A stretch of DNA of 64,000 nt from Paraphysomonas bandaiensis. Lineage: Eukaryota > Protista > Chrysophyceae. Shown here piece by piece: positions 42,623 to 55,591 of the stretch. The stretch is from positions 82,631 to 146,630 of the forward strand of contig CBFFRP010000147.1 of assembly GCA_965644295.1 (NCBI GenBank). The letters run 5' to 3'. Position 1 is the stretch's first letter. Each line of letters begins with the position of its first letter. The notes under the pieces were generated by a model. That model was not told where the DNA came from and ran no database searches. It saw only the letters and a list, made by a program, of their open reading frames with translations. The position numbers and the translations under genes were made by a program.

Positions 42623-43274
42623 TTAGGTGTTACTGAATGGTGGGAGCTAGCTATACCAGCGGAGTCATACGTCCACCAGTGTCCTATGAGGTTCGGTGGT
42701 TGCGTATCCGATAGCAATGTTCTTCACATATTTTAGAATGGTTAACTACATCCAATTGAGTGGGAGTGTTGAGTTCTGCAATATGATGTGATATATATTG
42801 TGCAATTGAAGTGAGTTAACAGTGTGCAATAGGTAAAGTCAACTCATAGGTGTAACGGGTGATTATAGTTACAAAGGAATTAAATTCAGTTACTGATGTG
42901 TGACTATACAAGATATAGAACTGACTGATGAACATATGATAAACAGGTGTTGCTGGGAACAGATGTTTCAACATATGTTACACGAATATGTAGTGAAGTG
43001 TTCAGAATAATAATTATAATTTCTTACTTGAAAGTGCATTGTGTTCAACAGCAAGGTTACGGTTTACGCGTAGAGCAAAGTTAACTTCAGTGAAATGTCC
43101 ATTGTTAACACGATACAAGAAACCTTTACTTACGGACATGAAACGTGAAAGTATATAGTCACTAACACTGTTACTGTAAATCTGTCAAGAAATAAACGGG
43201 TCGCGATTCTTCAAAATAACATAGCTACGTATATAAATCAGCAGCAACAATTCTACTGATGATGATACACAGTA

Positions 43275-46200
43275 CTACTCAACGGTTCTAGACTTTACAT
43301 GAACAAAACGATTCCACAGTTCATTGGTGACCCAGTGCATTTCTTGGTGTGACATATTACTGTTTAAAGCAGAAACAACGCGTTCAAAAAACTGCGTCAT
43401 GAGAGCATTGTAGCTATCTTGACTGTTTTTTCCGGCGAGCTTTTCTTCGAATTCCCTGCTCTGTCTGTATGCAATGTCCAGGACTTCCTGTGGCAAACGA
43501 GCGAGTCGTGCGACATTGATTCCGTAGGACCGCGGGGATGACCCATCGCAGAGGCGATAGAGAAATGTGACTTCTTCCCCACCTGTATGGCTACTTTGCT
43601 CCGTTTCCACATCTTCAGTATGTACTAGACAGTCCATGTGCCCCAGCCTTATACGTGGATCGACCGACCAGTCATTAATCAAAGTATGATAGTGTGTTGC
43701 AAACAATGTTCTGCACCGGATCTTCGAGACGATATGCTCCACTACCGCATGAGCAATGGCAGTTCCATCGAAAGTTGATGTACCGCGTCCCAACTCATCG
43801 AGTATACACAGGGAGTCCTAGACAACAGTCAGCAACTAGAGGTGCCCCAAAAAATAGTACCTGTGTGGCATGTTTCAGTATGATGGCAGTCTCTGCAAGT
43901 TCGACGAAGAAAGTGCTCTGACCTGAGAGAATTCGGTCCGATGCACCGATTCGCGTAAATATTCTAATTTTCAATTATTGACGACAAGTTTTCCCCATAT
44001 ATAATTACCTGTCGACTGGTGACAAAATGCATATATCAGCCGGTACTTTGCACCCGATCTGTGCCATGATTGTGATGAGACAGGTTTGTCTTAGCAATGT
44101 AGATTTCCCGCCCATATTGGGCCCACTGACGAGCATCGTACGTGCTCTAAACTCCTCTAGACTTCCCTGGGATGCGCCGTTGTCCACCTTGCCCCCAAGG
44201 CTCAGATCGTTAGATATAAAACTTCCATCTCCCCTACAGATATTAACCTAAATACTCTACAGCAAGATAGGCGCTTATCACTCACCTCTCCGCCATCATG
44301 CGCTCCAGCATTGCGTGCCTACCACCTTTGATATCAAGTACGGACACATCCTCATTCCCTTTCTGTCTGGGCACAATGGTGGGCCAGCAGTAATTAGGCG
44401 AGCTAGAAACAGAAGCCAGGGAGAGCAAGGCGTCCAGAATGGCAAGACACGACATACCCGCACTCCATACATTCCGGCTTCCGTCAAACTTTTCGAATAC
44501 TCGACGCATTGTATCTTTTTGAGCAAAAGCAAGTCTGTATCGACCAAAATGAGTGATTCTAACGTGCTAGAGTTGGGCACTTACCTATCCTCTGCCTCTG
44601 TTAAAAGAGCAAGGTTTTCCTCGATAAAAGGAGTCCAATACCGGCGATGGCTCTTTTTCTGGCTCTTGGAGGACCAGGAACTTGGAACACGTCCCACACG
44701 AGACATCGGCACTTCTAGTTGGTATCTGTCTTTATTAGACCCGAAATAGGCCAACTCAGCAACACCTATTTCTTTCTTCTGCTCTTTGAGGTACTCCTCA
44801 AACGACCTTTCGATATCTGCCACATCTGCTTTCGCGTCATCGTATTGCTGATCCACTCCAGGGCGCGGTCTAATGAACCCGTCAGCCTTTGCTTGTCGCT
44901 CGTCAAAAATCTCTCTAAAATGAGCGAGTAGTCTCTTCATATCAGAGAGGGGTACTCGGCCATGTGGTGCTTGTAGAACGAGGGAGCGTAGTAATCGAGA
45001 CTGGATCTCTAGCCCATCACTCTGAAATAGTTCCATCACCTGTACCACCATCTCAAATCCCTTGAGTATTTCAGTGAAGTCTCTGATCTTGCGACTATTA
45101 TATATCTGGTTTTCATACATAATAGCCCTGCCGTCCGGATGGTCCACTACCTTCTTCTTGAGTCCATTGGAGTGTACTCTTCCCAATAGCCTCTCCAAAT
45201 CTGGGCAGTTTTTGAGAAGTCCTCTGACCTGCTCTGCCTGTCCTGCCAGAGAACCCATTAATTCATCTACGGCCTCCGTGCGAAGCTGAATATCTCGAGG
45301 ACGAAGAAGCGGTTTGCACACCCAGTCCCGCAAAAGCCTGCGACCGAAGGGTGTGCGACATCGGTTCATGAAGGACCAGAGGCTTCCGCGCTCAGTATGA
45401 TCAAAGTTGTTAACCAAAATCTCTAGGTTAGCGAGGGTAACTGCATCCATTACCATGTGTCGTCCTCCATCATCGCTATCCTGACCATGTGTTTCAGGAG
45501 AGTCAGAGATAGTATCAAGTGACACGTCTGTCCATTGCGGTGCGCTACCCCCACTTCCGTCGGCTTTACTAATAGGATAGCTTGACATAGGAGATGAGTC
45601 ATCAGGAGGTACATACGCATAGACTCGACGATTGGATAGCACCTCGAAATCAATAAAGGCTCTTTTCAGGTACCACACTGCCCCACCAAGAGCACTCATG
45701 ACAAGTTCAGACGAGCCATCCTCCAGACCAGCAGCGACAGCATTAAGCACTGCTGGAAAGTCGCTATTGCCCGAGGAGTCTTGAAAGTACCCCCCTTGTT
45801 TGAGTGACTTCATCGTGTCGGTAGCGGTAGGCATCTCTCCGTTGCGGAGATATTCTGTCACAGCCCCAGGAACGAGAAGACTTAAAACCCCAGCCGTTTC
45901 AGAACTACTTGCGCCGTGCTCTAGTAGTATTTCCGTTGGAGAGTAACGGGCCACTGCAGTGCGTAACCTGTTACGCAACACATCGTCCTCGAACTGTGCA
46001 AGTGTTACTGTGCCAAGGATAGTGTTTACAAAGGACAGCCCGTATTCCACTACTGCCTCATTTTCTTTGTCTTCCCCTTTCATATCTGCAGTTGATAGAG
46101 GCCTTTCTTTTACACAGAGCAACAGGGAAGAGGAGTCGCCAGTGGCTGCGTCATCAAGTATGCTGAGGTCGTCGAGGTGGCAGAAAGTACGGGTGCCCTT

Positions 46201-47946
46201 AGACATAATACTGCACATTTCACGCGCAACAACTCTAGCTGAGCAGCCCTTCTTCGCGCTGCGGTTTCGTTCTTTGAGCATTTCAGGGGTTTCTGTCTGC
46301 TCTACTCGGGCCACACGATATCTGAATATTCCATGGCATCATAACGACGTAAGACATGATCAAATGCAATCTTACCCTTTAGCCACAAGAGCTGATGCAT
46401 ATTTTCCGTATGAAACCTCAGGAAATCCGCTGTGTGCCTTGGTTCCCTTCATGTAAATGAGGTCGATTTCACTGACACCTACATCACATATTAGCAAAGT
46501 ATATAAACGTAACTCTGTAAAGGCTTCATATTTCATGGTTACAGGAAGTGTACCTATATCTGCATCCATGTGAAACAGTTCGTAGAATTTTCCCACTTTG
46601 AAGAAGAGAACAGTATCGAAATAGTCCGCCTTAACCTCAAACCACTGTCGCATTGCAGGAGTCTGCTGTTTGAGAAAAGACTGAGGAAAAAGAATCGTCC
46701 TGGGGTTGAAATCTGGGTGATCTGGAGAGTGACCATTCTTATCGCGGCGGTTGATAAGGAACTCCCACGAGTCATGTTCATGGTTTCCAGGGCCCACTAC
46801 ACCTTCTGGTAAGGCGGGAGCAGGGGAGGACACAGGAGACGCTTTGCTGGCCGTTAATCTCAGATGGGGGGACGGAGAAGTATTTGAAGAAACGGGGGTA
46901 CTAGTACAGCTAGGAGACCCTGCTCGGGCTGAGTAGGATGGTGTGCTCGCACCAGAGCCGGCTTTGAACATGTCGTACGTCGTGTTTGAAGGGGTGGCTC
47001 TATTAGCAGGACTACATGGCTTCTTCGGAATAGGCGGGCGACGGGATGAGCCAGAATTCTCTCCTAAGTCGCTAATACGGGCCCGTTTGCTTTTGCTTCC
47101 TACACTGACCTTCGCTAGCCGAGAAGATTTCGTGATTCGCTTCGCACTAGAATCATATTCAGCCTCTGATTCCGACGAGTCTTCAAGATAGTCTTCACCA
47201 CTGGACTGGGAGGTGCTCTCATTCCACTCCTCTTCCTCATCGCTCAATTGACATATTTTATCTACGTATAAAAATGAATTAAACATACGTTTAGAGAATA
47301 ATATCATCTTAATTACTTTTCTTTCGACGTGTGAGTTTCGCATCATCGTCGCTAAGATCACTTTCATCGCTCACAGAAATTGATTTTCTTTTTGTCACAG
47401 ATGTTATATTCTTGTCCTTACAGCTTTCAACGAGTGAGTACTACATACGCAATGAATGTAATCTACTTGTATTATAGCAGTAATTGCAATCATTTACCTT
47501 TTCTTTATTTAAGTCAAGTAGTTCTACTTCGCCATCTTCATAAGTTATTGAGTGCTTCCCAGTCGCTGCATCAAACCGAGATACAGTACCAAAATACCAC
47601 TCCTTATCAGCTAAACATGAATGACAATAAGACAAGTGACTAACATAATGATAAAAGTCTACCTGGCCACCACACCTTTATACGTCTATTAACAAGAGCA
47701 GACCCGTCCTCATGCTATACATACACACACACACAGTCACACGCATCTGTTAGACGAGAGACTCATACAGATGAATAAACCAATACGTACAATAATAACA
47801 ACCGTATCTTTAACAGTCTGTGAGTTGTCTGTGTTGTGCTTAGCGGGTGTAGGCTTGACTTTATTATTATCTGAAGGAGTCTTCTTAAAGAATGAAAACA
47901 GGTTCGTTTGTCCCTTGGAGGGCTGTGTCTTTGCTAGTTTAGACAT
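43275..47946 (-). CDS. MSH6: DNA mismatch repair protein MSH6 (multi-exon)
   Basis: N-terminal PIP box QTNLFSFF, Tudor-like exon, [58 protein letters not shown]. Confidence 0.96.
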
Positions 47947-48662
47947 GGTTTGATAATCCGATGCTCTGTAACCACTATTCTGGTGTGTGGTTAGGCTATT
48001 ATGTCATACCAGTGCAGATATATGCATGTGTATGTAGATGAACCACTGCACTCACCGCATCTTATCTTGGAATCCTATACATACACAGTATACCATAGTC
48101 TAGTCTAGCATACTCTCTACTATGAACATCACCGTACAGCACGTCGCCTATAGACACCTACACAGAATTTTATATATGAAAAGTACAGTTCAAATTTAGA
48201 ATTTAAAATTCAAAAAAAAATGAAGTGAAAAAAGAAGAAGTGAAATTTTGTGTCTGTATGGACACCCCGCCGAAAGAGAGGAATACGCATGTACGGGGGA
48301 GGGGAAGGCTGTATACCGTAATTGATGGTAACAAGAAGAACTGAGCAGACTGTCGCTTTAACACTGACGATAACACAGTCATAACTGTCATATAGATAGA
48401 TAGATATTACACACTTACACACTATAGCTACCCATCTTAGAGTAGTAGTGTGCATGATAAATCAGTTTCATCATCATTTCCCTTTCCACATCCGACTTTA
48501 GACATTAGACGTATAGTGAATATGATGCTTAATCATACTCAGCTTTAATACTTTGAAATAAACGACAACTTAACGTATTTCGAAGTAGTTATATCACACT
48601 ATCCACATGAATTATTATTGTTAGATAATATATTATCTATATTGTTTTTACGTATGTCCGCC

Positions 48663-49886
48663 ATGGAATCCAATTCTGCTGATGGCGTTGATATTGATCC
48701 TCATAATTTAATTGTAAATTACTTACCACCTGACCTCGATGATGCTGATTTAAAAGTACGTGGTATAATTTGATCATAGTATATATATTTAAATTATTCT
48801 TATTCAGAATATATTCACTGAGCATGGGGAGGTAGTGCAAGCCAATATTGCAAGGAATAAGACAACTGGAGCCAGTCTGTCCTATGGATTTGTTAGGTTT
48901 CTCCGTACCGAAGATGCCTGTGAAGCTATTGAAGCTAAAAATGGTTACAGTATTGGGAATAAAAAAATTAAAGTAAGTGTGGCCCGGCCCAAGCCCCGCA
49001 ATATGCCGAGCAACAGAAAGCTATTTGTGTCCAAACTACCACTCTGGTATACAGAGAGCAAAGTAGAAGAATTATTCTCACGGTTTGGTGATATTATTGA
49101 ATGCCGTTTGCTGATGGACTCTGAAACCAATGTATCACGTGGATCGGCGTTTGTACAGTACAACTTACCAAGTGATTGCGAAAGAGGTGGGACAAGATGT
49201 TGTACTTAATGCTATTGTATTGACTAGTCATGGTATGTGTAGCTCTGGCCCATTTACATAATAGCATCCCACCAGGTGCAACCTCCAGCATATGTGTGTA
49301 TTATGCGAGACCACCACCTGGGCTTGACGTCACTGGGCATGTTGACACTGGACTGAAGGCAACCCCTCACTCAACCTCACCTCCACATATTTCGACATGG
49401 AGTAGTGGGTCTTGGGTTCCAGCCGCTACTTCCTTCGCCTTCCCTGCATCTTCTCCCACAGGGGCCAATAACGCAATACCTATTCCATATGGTTCAACCA
49501 TACAAGTAATATCGCCTCAAGGTGCAGGACCAGGGCCACTCGTTCATCACCAGCAGCATGTAGCCAGTTACACAGGTTTTTTCCCGGACACACCTACGTC
49601 TACAACTAGTGCTACAAATGTCATGGATTTAAGGGAGGTAGGATTCCAGATGTATGGCCTTCCCCCTTTTACTACCGTCGGGATGGTGTTGCAGCTTTTG
49701 GAACAGTACGGTCATGTTACTGCTGTTGTAATAGATAACGCCCTCCAAGAGAACAGCATTGTCTGCGTGGGCACTGGGTGGGCTAGAATCATTGGGTCGC
49801 CACAGCAGGTGCAGGATATGTTCCGTCTAGTACATAAGAGCTGTGTGTTCCCAGGGTACCCCCCTATTCAACTAGTTCCAATGTGA
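48663..49886 (+). CDS. ELAV/Sex-lethal-like RRM RNA-binding protein (3 exons)
   Basis: NLIVNYLP, SLSYGFVRF, KKIKVSVARP, KLFVSKLP, SRGSAFVQY, and a divergent third RRM. Confidence 0.85.
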
Positions 49887-51630
49887 TCACTTTAGAAAAT
49901 AATTGCGCTTTAAGCTTGAATGAGTTGCGCGGGAAAGTTCCATCATTTATCATGATACAATTTTATATAGTATGTTTTTTCTTTGCGGATTTACACTAGG
50001 AGTGTTCTCTCGTACTGGTATCCAAATTTTTGTGACTCCAGTTCCTTTGTTTCGATAATTGTGTTTGTCTTGGGTAATCCGGTTTTATCTTGAGTATTGT
50101 CAAATGTATGTGCGTAGTTAGTGCAAACGAAATTTCATTTTTTTGAACGTGAAGGTTAAAAAAGAGTTAACTGTAATCTAATTTTCTCTACTAGCAATGC
50201 TACAAAATTTGTTTTGATTAGAGTTCCTTTTCGTCTCTACTAGAGTAAATGATCGTGGCAATTGAAACGATAATATGTTAGAACGGACGATAATTATTTT
50301 TCCGTCGTCGTCTTGTGTGTAAAGTGAAAACATATAGATAATGCCTTAGTTCATAGATAACTATGAACTAAGGCATTGCTAGTCAGAGTATGTCCAGAAC
50401 GTAGAGGATTTGTAATTAAACAATTTTGTCAAAGTTTGACATTATATGAGAAGTATTAACTTAACAACAGAAGGTAACTTATACTCAATGCTGAGAATTA
50501 TAAATTATAATCAATATCTCTTATCATTCATCAATATCATGTTGTCTCCACTACCACTCATATCTCGTACGACGATCTTACATCGTCACTACAACTTGCA
50601 TCGTCACTATATTCCGTTTTACCGCTATATACTTATCGTCATTCATTCTCACAATACGATTAACAAGACTACAACTGTATAATACAGTAATTTAAATACC
50701 TTATAACTACAGCTTTCAATTGCTCTCATATAGCAGAACTCAACAAATTTGAGAAAGTAACGTATGAATAGCTATACGCCCTATCTAATATATAATATAT
50801 GGAAAATAAGTATCCTACATGGGGATATCAAATGCAGTGGCGACATTAACAAGATATAAAGCGATCAATCAAAAATCATTTACAGATCGACAGTAGTTCT
50901 GAAATAATACAACACCACAGATTAAATATACCGGCCGCTCTATTTGTAGTCGGCCGATGAGGACATTTTATCATTGTCTTTTGTTCATTAGAAATGAGGA
51001 ACGCTCCTTTACAGTACGACTATCACTATAATCAAGATTATCGACAAAAATATGTTCACATTGAGTCAAATAGTAAGCACCTTTAGACCAGCAGAGATAA
51101 ATATTTTAGTAGAGACATTAGTAAGAATAGTAGCAATATTAAGTGCTCGTTTATCGTCTTAAAGTTATTGCAAGTTTACTATATTCTTGTTGAATGATAA
51201 GTGACATACACCTGTACTAGACGCACTAATGCTGCTGCCGTTTGTATGATACATTCACACATTTTCTATATATACATAAGCACTGTACTATATTAGCTAC
51301 GAGTAGAACAGCGTAGTAGATCGAAGAGCTTGCATATGAATGCATGTCCATGCATGTCTATGTCCAATGAGAGATTGCACTGGAATTGTGTAATGTACAC
51401 TACATGGACAACAGCAGCATTGAAGTCCATAGCATAGAACTGTAGGAGCTGTAGTACACCTCCACTGCTGTCGCAGTACTGCTCTACTGCTCTATAGCAT
51501 AGAGGTACGTAGGTATGTTTCTGTGTATATCTCCAGTAGTATACTGTACGTCTGTATCTATAGTGGAGTATCTCATAACTTAACACACAGCAGCAGAGTG
51601 TCACCTAACATACATACATATCTCATACAC

Positions 51631-53413
51631 ATGCCCTCTAGAATCGTATATACTCTCTTCATCACATCACTCTCATCCCTATACGCCTGTCGCATCCTCC
51701 AGCTACAGAGCGAAGGCCTAGGTGTCCATCTCCTGCATGCAGAGGAGTCCCATCACACAGATGCTCTTCTATCACATCGCGCTGTCTATAGAACGATGTT
51801 TGAGGATGCTCCCCCCTTATACTTGTATCACAGAATAGCTAACGAGCCCATTGAAGGAGTCGGCAGATGGTAATACAGCCGGAGTTCATACTTATAACTT
51901 CTAACATACACATGTATGTATATAATATCAGGGTTCTCAATAATAACATTGAAGATAAAGATTCTGCCATAGCGTATGTCGATTCATGGGCAGTAATGCC
52001 ACACTTAATTCATGCGGTGAATGATCCTGGGAAAGAGTCATGGATAGTTCGGAGAGGTGAAGTGTGGGAATCCGACCACTCCTTCACTGTACGCTGTATG
52101 CCTCATGAGGATTCCACACACCCGGACTCCACAGTGTATATTGATATATCCGGGTTTGCTTGGCCTCTTTCTGGATTTTACGTACAGCTTGGGGAAAATG
52201 ACAGTCCTGTTTTTGCCCACGTTTCGAGTGTTGCAGAAAAGCAGTGGTACCTATTCAAGCGGGGCAGCACCTGGATAATCGGAGAAAATCCTAATTCTCC
52301 CGAGGGCCTAGCATATGTGCGAGATGACTCACCCCTTCCAGGGCTGATAGAGGGGGTTGAATGGTACTATTCATCGAACGGAGATTGGCAAGCCCTCCAA
52401 ACAACTATTATCAGTGGAAACGCGGACCGTAATGTTTACGCTGGCTTGCACGACTACCGCAGTATTGACTTCCTCCCTGAATCTCAAAACTTCATTGAAC
52501 TTAAAAACGGTATCATATTCCCTTCGTTAGGGCTGGGAACGGGCGGGATTCCTCTGAGCATTATAGAGTCAGTGCTGATTGAAGCTATTAAAATCGGATA
52601 TCGCATGTTCGACATGGCCCGTGAATACGGTAACGAGGCATTCCTTGGACGAATTCTCCGTGATTCAGAAGCCGACAGTCCCATACCCCTCAGAGATGAG
52701 ATATTTATCATCTCCAAAGTCTGGCCAACACACCTAGGATTTAATGCAACCTCGAATGAGATTCAACAGTCACTAACAGAGCTGGAAAGTTCCTATGTGG
52801 ACTCATACTTGTTACATTGGCCTATGTAAGTACTACCTTCAGCATGTGTTAACCGCATTATTCGCTATATAACTAACGGATGCATAGCTGCGATCCCTCT
52901 GTACATTGGATGCACTGTGAGGATACTGTCGACAAGTCCGGCACGTGGGGACAGTCATGGCGGGCACTGGAGCGGGCCTATGCAGAGGGAAGCGTCATGT
53001 CTATTGGTGTAAGCAACTTTGACAAAAACCTTCTTGAAGTCCTACAAGAAATTGCAGTGGTGACGCCACATATTGTGCAGAATCACGAGACAATTGGAGC
53101 TTTGGATATGGGGGCACGCATTTGGTGTGGACAGAACGATGCGGTTTTTGTTCCATATGCAACAGCAAGGAATCTCGACTTCATACCTTCGCATTTAAAA
53201 GACAACTTGGCTAGCATAGCTCAGGCCAGAGAAATATCGGAGCATGCTGTAGTCCACCGGTTTTTCACACTTATTGGAAGTGCAGTGATTCCACGATCCA
53301 CGAATGCGGAACACCTGGAAGAGAATCTCATTACATGCAGATACGAACTCATTGATGACGAAATGGCAATGCTTGGATGGAATGTGAATGTTAACAGTCA
53401 CAATGAACTATAG
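51631..53413 (+). CDS. Aldo-keto reductase with signal peptide, N-terminal extension and C-terminal HNEL (3 exons)
   Basis: PSLGLGT, GYRMFDMAREYGNE, IISKVW, LLHWP (D-Y-K-H tetrad), SIGVSNF, VIPRST. Confidence 0.88.
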
Positions 53414-53852
53414 TATGATACTGACGAATATAGTTTTGTAATTCGTTTTTATTTCTGTGGATATTTTAATAAGGCAGTATTAAGTATTAATGCTCAGAAA
53501 TTGGCTTGAACTTGTTAGAAAGTGAGCACTTGCAAACGTCTTCGTTGAATGAAGTTTGGATTGCACAACACGCAGTGGGATAATTCACTTAGCACTTATT
53601 TAATTTCAACTCTACAGCTACTACTAGAAGTGTACACGTGCATACGGTTGTTACATAATATACTATAATATAAATGCTTACGAAGAGTACTCTTCACAGT
53701 CATTAATACTGGTGATGTCTCACGTAATAACAGATTTTAATACACAATATATCAAAATGTAAATACTCAACGATGAAATTCATCTACATCTTTAACAGTG
53801 CTAAGCAGAAAGAACCACAGCATCTCTCCATATTAAATAATAAATTAATTAT

Positions 53853-55094
53853 TCAGTTATAATTATACTCATCATAGATCGAAAACTTGAACGGCGGATT
53901 CTTTATCTTTGAAAAAATATCGTAATCAACTTGATACACATTGCTCGTCCGAATATAAGTCCATACATCTTTAGTCAAATATCTCGAGACGGGGTTTTTC
54001 TTATAATCGTTCTGACAAGGAGGAAAGGTGATTTACATTTGACAAAGTAAATAAAAACTAACCTTATGCACCGCATGATTTCTACACCACATACAGTCGC
54101 CTTTGTTGTAGTCATCTGGGGGTTTGAGAGAAGAAATTATGATGTCCTTATCTTCTTGTGGCATTGTCTGGGCGATTGGATGCTTCAAGAGACGTGTCAT
54201 CGCCCAACCGTTACTTGCTACAGTGTTACACAGCAATGAAACGTTGTATAGAACACACAGAAAAAACTCACTGAAGTTATCGAGACCAGCAATTTTAGTT
54301 AAGGCTTCTCCGTGCTCCTGAATGAGCTCATAGTTTCCTACAAAGTTAAACCGCGACCAGAACTTTTTCAAACCGCAGAACTGTATCTGAGAGTCCCAGT
54401 GAACATTTCGTATCCCGTTTGGAGCAATTACGGACTGCCAAAAGTCGGTCCAAGTGGAGTTACGATGTCGCTCTGCTAACATAGTCCTATACCTCTTTAT
54501 AGCGTTAGGGTTTTTCACAAGGTGAAGATAAGACGACAATAGCCTAGAATCATGTAAGACAAAGGATATAACAACCGATTCTTTACCTCCTGGCGGGGTC
54601 ACGGAACATAACAGCCTTAACCCATGTGTCATCGTGCAATATTTCCTCCACACGTTCAATACTCATATCTGAAAAACGAACTCCTTTCTTTTTGTGATAT
54701 GGCGGCTCCCACCATACAGGGTCCCCATCAAGACGTTGAAATAACTACTTCATATAAGCACTTTACATAATATATGAGATCATTGCAACCTGTCGAAATT
54801 GAGTCGATGCGATTTTTTCAATGGGACAAAACGCAATTTTGTGCTTTTCATTGACTAGTATCTGACCGAGATGCCTGGGCACATTATCTTCAGGTAAAAC
54901 CTTCACGTGATCCTGATATTATATGCCATCCATCAGCTCCTGCATGTGTATGTATGTATATATGTATGTATACTTACTGAATGAGATGAGAGGAGTGGTG
55001 ACAGCCATTGTAAGGGGAACGACCCTGCTGTGCCGTACAAACACCACTGGATGATGCACTGTAGCAGTACGCAGGCACACCAGTCATGTCTCAT
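53853..55094 (-). CDS. Golgi-type carbohydrate sulfotransferase (Sulfotransfer_2-like), multi-exon
   Basis: Hydrophobic N-terminus, KIAFCPIEKIASTQFR (5'-PSB), SRLLSSYL (3'-PB), HWDSQ..FCG, FNFVGNYE, YQVDYDIF. Confidence 0.78.
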
Positions 55095-55591
55095 CCTAGA
55101 ATGGACAGTTATGATCTCTGTCCTCCGTAATAGTCTTCATACACATTGTCTGTAGCGGTTAATGCATCCGAGTTGATATATAAACAAGAGGTTTTATTTA
55201 AAATAAGGGATTTATGACCATGTTGTTAAAAAATCTAATACTTTTCATCGGCCTGAAAACCAGGGAAATAGAAGGCCCAACATTGGTACAGCCCAGCGTA
55301 CATCAGTCTGAAAATCAGGGTATTTTGTATTTTGAATCAGCAGTGTAGGCGCCTACAGGAGTACCATATGTATGCATGTCCAAGGGAGTATCTGTATGCA
55401 TAGAGGTGTATGTACAGTGTGTATAGAGGCCATGTACAGTATGTATAGAGGTATATGTATGTATACGTAGAGGTGTATGTATGTATAGAGGTGTATGATA
55501 CTCAAGAATAGTATTTGAATGTGGATATGAAAACACAAGTACATATTATTACAATACATACCCCACCCACCCCCTCAAACAACACGTACTA

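Larger units (their letters stand above)
37777..43110 (+). mobile_element. Ty1/copia LTR retrotransposon (5334 bp)
   Basis: 344-bp LTRs TGTT..AACA at 37777-38120 and 42767-43110. 5-bp TSD CGATA (37772-37776 / 43111-43115). PBS TGGTAGCGAG at 38121, PPT GAGTGGGAG. Domain order gag-PR-IN-RT-RH. Confidence 0.96.
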
